64,000 nucleotides of DNA, taken from positions 16,693 to 80,692 of the IMG/VR virus record IMGVR_UViG_3300048924_000605. One strand, given 5' to 3'. Below, piece after piece: positions 9,860 to 19,566 of this stretch (positions are counted from its first letter, which is position 1; the number at the start of each line of letters is the position of its first letter). The stretch comes from a virus. The notes under the pieces are model-generated. The model saw only the letters and a program-made list of their open reading frames with translations, had not been told where the DNA came from and made no database searches. The position numbers and the translations under genes are program-made.

Positions 9860-11436
9860 CAGTCGAGCTTCAAAGCGAAGTAGTTGTCGGGGGAGATGCG
9901 GAAGGCGTTCTGGAATGTCATCCAGACCGCACCGTCGTGGTCGATCAGGGACTCGGAGGCGGTACTGAAGCCCGTCGTCCATCCACAACCATCGAACTCG
10001 CCCAGCGTGTGCCGCGGCGACGTGTTGCCCAGGATGAGTGGCAGCACCGGCGAGGTGCCGTCCAGGTTCTCGCGGAGATTGGCCCGATCGCCCCAGGTCG
10101 ACATCGCGCTCGGATACACCTTGCCGGACGTCTCGGTGTCGCCGTTATCGCTTGATCCGGACGCGAATCGATTGGCATGCACCCGCCAGACGTTATCTGG
10201 ATAGTTCACAGCTAGCCCGTAGCGCCCAGGATCGAAGAAGCAGCGGAAGTTGGCGTCGGTCGCGTCCGGTGTCAGTGTTTCCGACGACCCGCATGCGCCG
10301 ATCGCGAGCGGGTACTCGTGGATCGACGGCGGCTCGTAGGCGTTGATGAAGCCCAGGTAAGCGCTCAGGTACACCGTGCCCACGCGCGCCACGATCACCA
10401 CGCGCTGGCCATTGATCGCCAGCCAGTAGGCGAAGGGACCGTTGCGCAGCGGCAGTCCGCGCGCACCGCTCGCGTTCGTCTGCGTCCGTACGCTACGCAG
10501 CGGGTTGTACGACCGGAACCCATACCAATTCAGGTTGTAGGCCGCGCGCGCGGCGTCCTCGTACAACTCGGCGCCGACGAAGATTGCTTTCCGCCCATCC
10601 AGGCCCGGCGCCTGCACGATCCACTGCGCCCGGTCTTCGAGCTCGAAGTCGGCGTTGAGATCGGTGTGGATACTGACATCGTTCACGTCGAGCGGATCGG
10701 CGCCGGCCGTGGCGGTGATCAGCACGCGCCAGAAGCGTCCGGCGGCAGGCGCGCCACTGATCGGGTAGGTGCGGCGCATGCGCGCGGTCGGCCAGACCTG
10801 GCCGGCCCACGCCTGCACCCGCGTCCAGACCGAACCGTCGTCCGAGCGTTGCAGTTCGAAGGCGGCCGGCCCGCGCGCGCCGCTATCGCCGATGCCGAGC
10901 GTGATCGCCTTGATCGAAGTGGGGCCGATCATCTCGACGCTGGCGTGCGCCGGCAGATCGGCGACCGGCCGGCTGCTCCAGGTGTCCGTGCGGTTGTCGA
11001 AGACCGAAGCCGGATTGGTCAGGTTCGTTGTGCGGAAGCCTGCATTGCGGCAGCCGTAGCGGCGAACCAGCGTCCAGGCCGGCGAGGTGTTGAGGGCGAA
11101 GCGGTCGCCGGCCACGAACGGAATCGATCCGGAATTGATGCGAAACCGCACCCGATCGGACTCGAAGGGCTGCCCCACCCGGGCGATGCCCAGATCGCCC
11201 GCAAGCGCGCCGACCACCTGGAACCGATCCGCATCGAGCGCCGTAAGGGTGAAGCCCTCGGCGACGCTGGCACCGCCGCCGCGGTACCCGCCAGCAGCGC
11301 CGTCCGGTCCGGTCAGCGTGCCGTTGCCCGCACCCGCATACAGCAAGCCCCAGGCGTGGCCCTCGGTACAGAGCGCGGATTCCAGGCGGTTGAGGAAATC
11401 GTAGTAGTCGGATGCGACGTCGGCTCGTACGGTCAT
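9859..11436 (-). CDS. Virion structural protein with inserted discoidin (F5/8C)-like domain
   Basis: Start 11436; internal ASVFDN...W, FELQRSDDGSVW, RFWRVLIT; C-term YPLAIG...NYFALKLD. Confidence 0.78.
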   Translation of the reverse strand: MTVRADVASDYYDFLNRLESALCTEGHAWGLLYAGAGNGTLTGPDGAAGGYRGGGASVAEGFTLTALDADRFQVVGALAGDLGIARVGQPFESDRVRFRINSGSIPFVAGDRFALNTSPAWTLVRRYGCRNAGFRTTNLTNPASVFDNRTDTWSSRPVADLPAHASVEMIGPTSIKAITLGIGDSGARGPAAFELQRSDDGSVWTRVQAWAGQVWPTARMRRTYPISGAPAAGRFWRVLITATAGADPLDVNDVSIHTDLNADFELEDRAQWIVQAPGLDGRKAIFVGAELYEDAARAAYNLNWYGFRSYNPLRSVRTQTNASGARGLPLRNGPFAYWLAINGQRVVIVARVGTVYLSAYLGFINAYEPPSIHEYPLAIGACGSSETLTPDATDANFRCFFDPGRYGLAVNYPDNVWRVHANRFASGSSDNGDTETSGKVYPSAMSTWGDRANLRENLDGTSPVLPLILGNTSPRHTLGEFDGCGWTTGFSTASESLIDHDGAVWMTFQNAFRISPDNYFALKLD

Positions 11437-11497
11437 AACGAATAAAAGCAAGAACCCCCGGCTTGGCCGGGCGTCCGAGAGATTAATGACTTGGACT

Positions 11498-12226
11498 CTA
11501 CGCGGATGTTTCGTCGCGCTTCGCTGCTGCTCGTGTGGCACGTTTGGCGGATGTAATCGCCACCACCGGATCAGAACTTGCCGGCGGATATCGCTCGTCG
11601 AACTTCTCTGTGAGCCAGTGAGCATGTCTCAAGCTATCGGACAACCACAACGATGCGGGCGTAGCAAACCACATAACGATCTGAAATAGGACAATGGCCA
11701 CCTGCATATCTTGGGAGAAGTGAATCCAGCGATGACCGATTAGCGCGATCCAGGGGGCGAACAGCAGTACGAAAGAACCAATCCCCAGGATATTCGCCCG
11801 CGCCTCAAACGAAAGTGGACCCGATGCATCCCAAGGAACGATCCGACCCTCACGGTAGCGAACGTAGCGACGTGCTCGTTTGAAACTATTGATGAAGGCC
11901 AACGGGTCGTCCCGCTCTCGTGCGATCTTCAAAACCCGCGGGTGAAGAATGAAGCCGAAGGCGGTCGCGGAAGACATCTGGTCGCCGAGAGCCTCCTTCT
12001 CGACCTTCTTATACAGCCTGGCCGTTGCTTGAAGATTTAGTCGCATTCGTCCCGAACGGTAGCGAAGCCAAGCAAAGATCGCCGCTACTGGCGCGATGAT
12101 GATGAGTGCGACGGGCAGGAGTTCCGGAACTTTCTGGATCAGCGATGTCAGCAGCGGATTCATAAATTGGGCCCGAAGGAGTGAGGCGCCCATCCCAGCA
12201 AAGTTCCATCTCACGGGCTGAGACAC
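11498..12226 (-). CDS. Hypothetical membrane protein, moron (start may be 12163)
   Basis: About three hydrophobic segments; lower GC than neighbours; inserted after tape measure. Confidence 0.65.
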   Translation of the reverse strand: MSQPVRWNFAGMGASLLRAQFMNPLLTSLIQKVPELLPVALIIIAPVAAIFAWLRYRSGRMRLNLQATARLYKKVEKEALGDQMSSATAFGFILHPRVLKIARERDDPLAFINSFKRARRYVRYREGRIVPWDASGPLSFEARANILGIGSFVLLFAPWIALIGHRWIHFSQDMQVAIVLFQIVMWFATPASLWLSDSLRHAHWLTEKFDERYPPASSDPVVAITSAKRATRAAAKRDETSA

Positions 12227-12295
12227 CGGCGGCTCCCAAGCAGCTGGTGCTTTTTCTGGACGCCAACATAAAAGCGCGCCGGTTTACGGCGTTCG

Positions 12296-15200
12296 TTATC
12301 CAAGATCCTGACGGACCGTAGGGGCGTTGGCCCGAATCGTAGACAAAATTATCTGCCGGCCCGCCTGAGTGCCCATTACGTTCACGATCTCGCGCGGGTC
12401 CAGATACAGGACATTGGTGATCTGCGAAGAGCGCGGTTCGGGCGCACGGGCGGCGGACCGCTCTGAGACCGGCCGACGCGCGACGGTGGGCGCGGTCGGA
12501 GCCGGTGATACGAAGCCCCCACTCGCATACCCACGCAGTCCATCCAATGCGGCCATGCCGACGCGGTTGAACCGCTCCAAGAACGATCGCGCGCCCGGCT
12601 GACGCACGACCTCCCGGCGATTGACGAACTCGCCGCGGTGGACGATGCCGGCAGGGGCGTACTTCGGGCCGATCCCGGTAAAGCCGCCCGTCGCGAAGAA
12701 CCCGCTCGCGCCCTTAGTCGCGTTGGCGGCCGCCAACGTGGCCGCGGCGGCCTGCATCGCGGAGGCCGCCTTGAGCACTACGCCGCCGGCCACGCCCAGC
12801 GCGACCGACGCACCCGTGATCGGGGTGGCGTAGGCGGCGCCGGCCGCTGCCGCTTGGACCGGGTCCGGCTGAGCAAGATCGGGCGTTTTGCCCCCGCCCG
12901 CGAACTTGCCTACGACCGACATCAGCTTGGCCGTCGCGAAGGCAGCCAGTTGCTGCGACGCCAACTGGGCCAAGGACCGAGCCATGTCCTGCACCAATCC
13001 CGTCAGCGCCTGCCGCAGCGTCAACGTTCCGGTGGCCAGTCCTTCCAGCGCATTGCCCAGGCCCGTCTCAAAGCCATTGGTCAGCGTCAACACCAATTCG
13101 TTCGACTGCGTCTTGAGCGCGGTGACCTGTGCTGTCAAATCCTTGACCCGCTCGATCGCTTCGGGCGAGCCGGTCTTGGCGGCCAGCGCGTCCATCTTCG
13201 GCAACAGCTGGTCGACTTCGGCCGCGGTACGACCATGCAGATCCAGCAGCTCACGGCGCGCGTCGATCTCGGTCAACAGACCCGCTTGCTGGCGGGTCTG
13301 GATCGACTGCTCCTGGCGCGTCTGATCACCAAACACCCGATCGACTTGCGCCTGCAGATCGTCCAGCTGAGCGCGGGCCACCTCGGTGTCGATACTGAGG
13401 TTCAGCTTCAGCCAGTCGCCCGTCCGCCCGCGTTGCAGCAGTTCGGCCAGCGAATCGCGATGCTCCAGCAGCAGTTCACGTTGCCGGGCCGCTGCGTTGT
13501 CGCCTCGGTTACGCAGCAGATTGGCTTCGGCCTCAGCGACGGTCTGATTGAGCTCGTCGTCGGTCTTTCGTTCCTTCTTCTCCTCGCGCTTTGCCGCCGT
13601 CTGCTCTTGTTTAGCGAGTCGTTCGGCCGCTTTCTGCGCCCGATCGGCTTCTCGCCGGGCCTTCGCTTGAGCGCGGTCCTCCGTGGTCGCCGCTTTCGCG
13701 GCCTCTCGCTCACGGACCTGCTCATCGATCAGCTTGCGAGTTGCCTCGGTGAGCTGAGTCGCATCCTTGACCCCGGCCGCCTTGGCGGCCTGATACTCCA
13801 ACGCGGCACGGAGGCCCTTCTCCCGCTCGATTCGCTCAACCTTGAGTTTCTCGTTCTGATCCGTCAGGGATTTGGCGAAGTCGGCAGCATCCTTGCTGGC
13901 CTGCTGCGTGGTGCGCCCGCCGGTCGCCTGAGCGCTTCGAAGTTCCGCCAGGGATTGCTGTACCGACTTGAACTCTGATTTGGTACGACCGAGTTGGGAC
14001 TGGACACGCTGCAGCTCGGCGTCAAGGTCTTCGCCCATCAACCAACGACCGGCGCTCTGACCGGCGTTGATATGGAATCCGCCGCCGCCGCGCTGAAGGC
14101 CTTGAAGATCCTCAAGCTCTTCTTGCAGCTGATCGCGCTGGGCAATCAGGCGCTTGCCGGCGTCGACACCCGAATCGATATCCTGCTGCTTGCGAAATTG
14201 CTGGGCGGCCTTGATCGTGGCCTCGAACTCCAGTTTCGCAGCTTTGGCGTTCGCACTCGCGTTTGCAAAGGCACTGGCTAGGAGCGTAATGCCGGTGATG
14301 GCAAGGCCGAGGGGACCGCCCATCAGGGACAGCACCGACGAGAGCGCTCGAATCGCGACAGCCTTCGCGCCGACCGCCGCAGTCGCGGCTTGGGTCGCCG
14401 CAGCGGTACGGGCCTGCGCGGCCGCCAACGCGGCCTCGGCCGCGGTCGCTCGCGCACTGCTCGCCCCGCCGAGCGCCAGCGCGCGGGCACGGCTGAGCTC
14501 TGCCTGGGCGGCGGCTTCGGCGGCTCGGGCTTGCGCCAGTTCCTCCTGCGCCAGCCGGCGGGTTTCGCGCATGCTTTGGACCTTGGCGGCACCTGCCAGG
14601 GTCAGCGTCGAAAGAAGCCGGCCCAACGCAGCGACGGCAACCACGCCTACGGCGCTCGCCAGACCGTCGAAGTTTTGCGACAACCCCTGGATCGCCTGAG
14701 CTACCGTCGAGGATACGCCGCTGGCTCGATCCTGCTGACCGATGAAGCGGGTGAATGCATTGTCCAGTTGCGTCAAGCTGCGCTCGATCGTCAGCGGCAG
14801 TTGGCCGAACTCGGATGCGATCTTCTTGGCCTGCTCCCCTGAGAACGCCTTACGCAGCTGCTCGCTGGTGAGCTTGCCTTCCTCTGCCAGCTTACGCAGT
14901 TGGCCGACCGTAACGCCCATGCTGTCGGCCAACGCCTTCATCAGGCGCGGTGCGGCGTCGTTGACGGAGTTGAACTCGTCGCCCCGCAGCGTGCCGGAGG
15001 CGAACGCTTGGCTCAGCTGAAGGATGGTCGAGGCCGCTTCAGCGCCGGTCGCACCAGAGACCGCCAGGGCCTTGTTGATGGTCTCGGTCAGGCCCAGTAC
15101 GTCACGCTGGGACGTGCCCTGCTCGCGCAGGGCACTGCTCAAGCGCCCAAACAGGGTCGCGGTTGCGTCCAGCGACGTGGACGTGCGCTGCGCGATCGCG

Positions 15201-15550
15201 AAGACCGCGGCTTCGGCCTGGTTGAAGCTGGCCTGCGACGTCGTCGCGAGCTTGATCTTGGCCGATAAGTTTGCGTAGCTGTCGGCGGCCTTGACGAGCC
15301 GCCCTACGACATCGCCCAGTCCTTGCAATCCAAGGAAAGCAACCAACTGGTTCTTCGTCTGCGACACCTGCGAACTAATCGCCGCTACGCTACCGCGCAC
15401 CTGATCGAACTGCTTCCTGCTCCGAGCGCCAGCTTGTTCGGCATCGGACGCGAAACTTCGAACCCGCGTTCCGGATTGTTGGAGCGCCTGGTTGAGTTGG
15501 GCCGCATTCGCGCGCACCAACAATGTAATTGTGGTGTCGCGATTGGCCAT
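12296..15550 (-). CDS. Tape measure protein
   Basis: 1084 aa, Ala-rich coiled coil; QLSQAFASGTLRGDEFNSV; C-term FATGGFTG..PAGIVHRGEFV. Confidence 0.95.
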   Translation of the reverse strand: MANRDTTITLLVRANAAQLNQALQQSGTRVRSFASDAEQAGARSRKQFDQVRGSVAAISSQVSQTKNQLVAFLGLQGLGDVVGRLVKAADSYANLSAKIKLATTSQASFNQAEAAVFAIAQRTSTSLDATATLFGRLSSALREQGTSQRDVLGLTETINKALAVSGATGAEAASTILQLSQAFASGTLRGDEFNSVNDAAPRLMKALADSMGVTVGQLRKLAEEGKLTSEQLRKAFSGEQAKKIASEFGQLPLTIERSLTQLDNAFTRFIGQQDRASGVSSTVAQAIQGLSQNFDGLASAVGVVAVAALGRLLSTLTLAGAAKVQSMRETRRLAQEELAQARAAEAAAQAELSRARALALGGASSARATAAEAALAAAQARTAAATQAATAAVGAKAVAIRALSSVLSLMGGPLGLAITGITLLASAFANASANAKAAKLEFEATIKAAQQFRKQQDIDSGVDAGKRLIAQRDQLQEELEDLQGLQRGGGGFHINAGQSAGRWLMGEDLDAELQRVQSQLGRTKSEFKSVQQSLAELRSAQATGGRTTQQASKDAADFAKSLTDQNEKLKVERIEREKGLRAALEYQAAKAAGVKDATQLTEATRKLIDEQVREREAAKAATTEDRAQAKARREADRAQKAAERLAKQEQTAAKREEKKERKTDDELNQTVAEAEANLLRNRGDNAAARQRELLLEHRDSLAELLQRGRTGDWLKLNLSIDTEVARAQLDDLQAQVDRVFGDQTRQEQSIQTRQQAGLLTEIDARRELLDLHGRTAAEVDQLLPKMDALAAKTGSPEAIERVKDLTAQVTALKTQSNELVLTLTNGFETGLGNALEGLATGTLTLRQALTGLVQDMARSLAQLASQQLAAFATAKLMSVVGKFAGGGKTPDLAQPDPVQAAAAGAAYATPITGASVALGVAGGVVLKAASAMQAAAATLAAANATKGASGFFATGGFTGIGPKYAPAGIVHRGEFVNRREVVRQPGARSFLERFNRVGMAALDGLRGYASGGFVSPAPTAPTVARRPVSERSAARAPEPRSSQITNVLYLDPREIVNVMGTQAGRQIILSTIRANAPTVRQDLG

Positions 15551-15718
15551 TGAGGATTACGCGTTCGCAGCGATGCGCCACCGCGATGACGGCGCCTTTC
15601 AATAGTTCAAGAAGGCGCCGCAAGCGGCAGGGAGATGCCTCCGCCAGTTCGGCGGAGGACTGCCGGACTACCTAGCTAGCAAGGCTAAGTTCGGCGAAGG
15701 TATGCAATTGCAAGCGGA

Positions 15719-15844
15719 CTATCTGGACAGCACGACAGTACCGGACGCTTTCCCATTCATTTCGGGCACAAACGTCGGGGGCTTGCAGCCAACGCAAGTC
15801 AAAACCAGAAAAACGAGGGTGAGAACCGCTGCGCGAGCTTTCAT
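15719..15844 (-). CDS. 41-aa putative lipoprotein (below ORF-track cutoff)
   Basis: GGAGA RBS; MKARAAVLTLVFLVLTCVGCKPPTFVPEMNGKASGTVVLSR has basic n-region, h-region and lipobox CVGC. Confidence 0.55.
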   Translation of the reverse strand: MKARAAVLTLVFLVLTCVGCKPPTFVPEMNGKASGTVVLSR

Positions 15845-15988
15845 CTGGTAGATCTCCATTAGGCGATAGCGCGGCGCCTGCCTCCGACGGAGGCATGCCG
15901 CGCTTCAATGTAGCTCGCCGTCCCTAAGCGCCCACTCGGTGAAAGGAGGCTGGAGATTGACCGAACTCACAGTTCATACGGGCGCAAC

Positions 15989-17662
15989 TCAGATTCCCTT
16001 AACGCCCTCCATGCCGGAGCGGTAACCGGTCACCCGCGCTCGACCTTCTTCCTTGCTTCGGTACAGTGCCGCGTCAGCCCGGCGCAGGAGTTGCTCAGGC
16101 GAATCATCTTCTCGCAGATCAGCAACGCCCATCGATAGGCTAAGCGGCACGGTATGCCCTTCAACCGAGACAGGGTGTCGCGTTACCGTTTCTCGCAGGG
16201 CGCTGGCGAGCACCTCAGCCTTTCCTTGGGATAGTCCCAACAGGACAAGCAACATTTCGTCGCCTCCGTATCTGGCCACAATATGCTCATCGGGAAGCCA
16301 GTTACGGATCCTTAGCGCAACGACCCGCAATGCTTCATCGCCCGCCTGATGCCCGTACTGGTCGTTGATCGACTTGAAATAGTCGATGTCGATAAACACC
16401 ACGGACAGATCCGTTCCAGCCTGATGCGCTCTCTCGATGTTCCGACGGAGCATGTCGCCTACGGCGTCTCGCGTGATTACCCCGGTCAGCTTGTCGTAGG
16501 TCCAACGTCGCTGCGCGCTGTCGCGATCAATGCGTACCTGCTCAAGCTTTGCGGTAAGCCCGAGCATCAGCGCGAGACCGCTGAAAGCCAAACCAGCGGG
16601 GAACATCGTCGGCACCCAATCGGGCATGGTCCACCAGTTTTGGTAGCCACCGACCATTACAACGAGTGTCGCCATCACAGGCGCCCAAGCCAGAAGCAGG
16701 AACACGGCTTCACGCTGTCGTCGGGCCAGTGCGCGAGCAATGCCTACGGCAATGGCCGCAAAGGCTGCGAGCATTACGGTATTCCCGAAGTAGGCGCTAA
16801 ACGTGGTCACATGAATCAGCGACACCAGGAGCAGGCCGCCCAGCAACACACTACAAACGTTCAGCAGGACAGCAATCCGCGGCTGTCGTGCTTCCAACTG
16901 CAGGAAGAACACAAGGAACCGGATGCCCGTCAATACTGCCGCAGTATTGATGACGATGTTGGTTCTTCGGTCGAGAGCAAACTCCGCAAGCGCTGGGACG
17001 ACGCCAATCTCCCCTCCCTCAATCATGAGATTTGCGAGCTGAGCCAGCATCGTCAAGCCGAGATAGGCGTAGCCATGTTCGCGCATGGCAGCGAAATAGC
17101 CGAAGGACAGCATCGCCACCAAAAATAGAGCGACGAGAACCGACGTTCGGTACTGCGTGTAGGCGATGTCCGCCTTATGCACGGAGGCCAGAGGCTCAAT
17201 CGCCAAATGCGATGGAATCAGATTGGGCGAAAACACCTGGACATAGAGGACGTCGCCAGAGCGAAGCGCCCCACCGAGAGACACCGAAAGAGCCCGGGCA
17301 GGCCGAGCCGCGTCCGAATCGTCGCCAAGAGCAGTCCGATGTATCGCGCGGGTAGCGCCGGGGAGCCAAACCTCGACTTCCTTCTGATTCGGGGGCGTAA
17401 TCACCAACTGCGGATTGGAATCGGCAGCCGGCGCCGCCTTCAAGACAATGCGCCACCACTGCGGCTCCTTCCGCGTCATGGCTATGTCTACTCCGGCCAC
17501 AGCATTGAATTCCTGGTCCCGAGTTCCTGCCACGATCTCGGCTGCGGGCAACTTCCCCGGCGTATCCAGCCGCTGGAGCGTGAATCCGACAGCCGCTGCA
17601 TGATCGCACCAAGCGCACAATAGGAGCAGAAGGACTAGGCAACGCGGCAATTTCGGCGACAT
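15989..17662 (-). CDS. 7TM-DISM sensor diguanylate cyclase (GGDEM variant), moron
   Basis: Signal peptide, periplasmic domain, ~7 TM, DKLTG, DIDYFKSINDQYGHQAGD, RYGGDEM, RADAALY. Confidence 0.9.
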   Translation of the reverse strand: MSPKLPRCLVLLLLLCAWCDHAAAVGFTLQRLDTPGKLPAAEIVAGTRDQEFNAVAGVDIAMTRKEPQWWRIVLKAAPAADSNPQLVITPPNQKEVEVWLPGATRAIHRTALGDDSDAARPARALSVSLGGALRSGDVLYVQVFSPNLIPSHLAIEPLASVHKADIAYTQYRTSVLVALFLVAMLSFGYFAAMREHGYAYLGLTMLAQLANLMIEGGEIGVVPALAEFALDRRTNIVINTAAVLTGIRFLVFFLQLEARQPRIAVLLNVCSVLLGGLLLVSLIHVTTFSAYFGNTVMLAAFAAIAVGIARALARRQREAVFLLLAWAPVMATLVVMVGGYQNWWTMPDWVPTMFPAGLAFSGLALMLGLTAKLEQVRIDRDSAQRRWTYDKLTGVITRDAVGDMLRRNIERAHQAGTDLSVVFIDIDYFKSINDQYGHQAGDEALRVVALRIRNWLPDEHIVARYGGDEMLLVLLGLSQGKAEVLASALRETVTRHPVSVEGHTVPLSLSMGVADLREDDSPEQLLRRADAALYRSKEEGRARVTGYRSGMEGVKGI

Positions 17663-17790
17663 CGACTAGGACTCCTTCCCGGTGACGGCGGAGGATAGCG
17701 GCCCCTTCGGCTGAGTCGTGGTGCGCCGGGTCACGGTTCCCGGTCCATCCTCGGGAATTTCCCGCCCGCCCAGGTCCGATAGCGTCGTTT

Positions 17791-17817
17791 TCTTGGATTT
17801 TTCCAAGAAAATGTTAA
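17791..17817. promoter_or_regulatory. Near-palindromic box TCTTGGATTTTTCCAAG-N3-ATGTTAA, copy 1
   Basis: Same 17-mer plus ATGTTAA also at 59001; upstream of the DGC gene. Confidence 0.55.
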
Positions 17818-17821
17818 GAAC

Positions 17822-18064
17822 TCAGCGATCTATTGCTGGTTCGACCGTCCAATGACACAGTCTCTGGCCCGTCAGGTTGTGGGCCAAAATCTGCCTTGCG
17901 GTCAGGTCCGTCAACACGTCCTGCCGCGACACCAAGATGGGCCGTGCCCAGGCGCAGTCGCCGTTTTCAATCTCGCGACCATTGGTCACGCAGCTGCTCA
18001 GCAGCAGTACCAGGAACAGCATTGGCCACGCGGCTGTCGATGCCGGTCGGAAGTCGCAACACAT
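17822..18064 (-). CDS. o-spanin (Rz1-like lipoprotein)
   Basis: Lipobox LSSC; CAWARPI...DVLT..TARQILAHN; overlaps the i-spanin 3' end. Confidence 0.8.
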   Translation of the reverse strand: MCCDFRPASTAAWPMLFLVLLLSSCVTNGREIENGDCAWARPILVSRQDVLTDLTARQILAHNLTGQRLCHWTVEPAIDR

Positions 18065-18272
18065 CGGTTTCTACCTCGCCTCGAATTTGCGCATCCGCCG
18101 CTTCACGTTCGGCAGCCGCAGTTCGTGCCCGTGCCTCCTCCTGATCGACGCGGTCCGCCGCTTCCTTCTTGGCGCGCCGGCTCCCGGCGAGGCGGCCAAT
18201 CCCGAATACCGTCAAGATCGCTAGAACCGCGGCGACGGCAGCAGCGCCCCAGGCCTGCAAGCGCGCGATCAT
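17967..18272 (-). CDS. i-spanin (Rz-like)
   Basis: N-terminal TM plus coiled coil, directly after endolysin. Confidence 0.8.
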   Translation of the reverse strand: MIARLQAWGAAAVAAVLAILTVFGIGRLAGSRRAKKEAADRVDQEEARARTAAAEREAADAQIRGEVETDVLRLPTGIDSRVANAVPGTAAEQLRDQWSRD

Positions 18273-18745
18273 GCGATGTGACCGCCGGCCTTCTGGTAGA
18301 CCGCGAGCAGGGCTTCCAGCGGATGCTCGCGCTGGCCGTAACCGGCATTGGGCAGCGACGCCCAGGTCTTCCGCGATTTGCGGATCGCCGATGCAATCCA
18401 GCCCGTTTGGATGTCTGCCAACGAACCGTTCTCGCGCAGAAGCTCAATCGCCGCCCGATCCTGCGATGCCGGGCCGAAGTCCGGCAGGTCCAGTCGCGTC
18501 TGCAAGCTATTCCAGGTACGCCACAGGAATTGGTAGCGACCGGCCGCGGTGGAGTGGATCCGATACTTCGGCAGCCAGACCAGCAATCTCGGGTGCTTGG
18601 AGTAGTCGGTGAAGCAGTCGCCGCCCACCAGCACGTCGTAGCCGCGCTGCTTGCCGAATCGCTCTACGCCTTCGGCATGGGCGATCATGTCCAGGAATGC
18701 GACGACGTTCTGGCCGCCGGCCTCATCAGCGGTCAATCGTGCCAT
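18269..18745 (-). CDS. Endolysin, lambda R-like lytic transglycosylase
   Basis: AFLDMIAHAEG, STAAGRYQFL, DFGPASQD, WASLP..GYGQ. Confidence 0.93.
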   Translation of the reverse strand: MARLTADEAGGQNVVAFLDMIAHAEGVERFGKQRGYDVLVGGDCFTDYSKHPRLLVWLPKYRIHSTAAGRYQFLWRTWNSLQTRLDLPDFGPASQDRAAIELLRENGSLADIQTGWIASAIRKSRKTWASLPNAGYGQREHPLEALLAVYQKAGGHIA

Positions 18746-18947
18746 CGCTGCCTCGCTGCTGGAACACGCGGCCGATCAGGCCCAGGAGAAGAACGCCTGC
18801 GGTGATGTAGGTGGCAGCGCGGTCTGGAACATGGGCGCGCAGATCGTCGGGGATATTGAGCCAGGCGCCTTGGACGGCCAGCGCCAGGCTCATCGCCTGC
18901 ACGCTTAGGAAGCGCCACGCGTGGCGCCAGTTGTCGATGAGCTTCAT
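18726..18947 (-). CDS. Holin
   Basis: MKLIDNWRHAWRFLSVQ, two TM helices, upstream of endolysin. Confidence 0.82.
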   Translation of the reverse strand: MKLIDNWRHAWRFLSVQAMSLALAVQGAWLNIPDDLRAHVPDRAATYITAGVLLLGLIGRVFQQRGSDGTIDR

Positions 18948-19213
18948 GGTATTTTCCGAAGGGATTGGACGAAGGCGTTGACGTCTCGGCCACCGGCAAA
19001 GCCGGCGTTGACGTCCTCGATGCGGTCGGCACGCAACGCGTGTTCGCGCTGGATCGCGACGCGGTAAAACAGCGCCAGCTGCCGTGCGGTCGCACGCTCG
19101 ATCCACGGCCAGTCGTGGCCGTGGTCGATCAGCGTGGCGAGGACGCTGGGCCAGTCGCTGCCGGGGCCGCGCGCTTCAGTTCCAGCGCCGCCAGCACGCG
19201 CTGCAGAAAAAAA
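18944..19213 (-). CDS. Tail assembly chaperone T-like segment, reached by -1 frameshift
   Basis: -1 frame open from the T7 slippery run to the stop at 18944. Confidence 0.7.
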   Translation of the reverse strand, partial: FFSAARAGGAGTEARGPGSDWPSVLATLIDHGHDWPWIERATARQLALFYRVAIQREHALRADRIEDVNAGFAGGRDVNAFVQSLRKIP

Positions 19214-19566
19214 TCGGCGTTGACCGCCCAAAAGGTGAGCAGCAACAGATCGCCGTGAGCGGCGGGTAGTGCTCGGACCCACTCAGGCGGTTGATCGCTG
19301 GCCTTGGCGAGCAGCGCGACGGTTGCCGCGGGCTGCTGGGCGCACACTTGGTGCAAGCGTGCAAGGTCGACACTGCCGTCCTCGGTCTGCTCGACCAAGT
19401 CGGCTACCAACGCCGCGATGGGGTCGTGCAGACTCAGGCTCTCGAAGAACCCGATCTCGCGCACCGTCACCGTTCGTCCACCGACGGGCAGCGTTCGGTT
19501 CGGCTGCAAGACGGCGAGATCGTGCGGCGAGCCCGCGGTAGCACGGGGCTGGACCTTGCGCGCCAT
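19129..19566 (-). CDS. Tail assembly chaperone (G-like)
   Basis: Follows tail tube gene; ends FWAVNADFF at slippery site GAT TTT TTT. Confidence 0.8.
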   Translation of the reverse strand: MARKVQPRATAGSPHDLAVLQPNRTLPVGGRTVTVREIGFFESLSLHDPIAALVADLVEQTEDGSVDLARLHQVCAQQPAATVALLAKASDQPPEWVRALPAAHGDLLLLTFWAVNADFFLQRVLAALELKRAAPAATGPASSPR

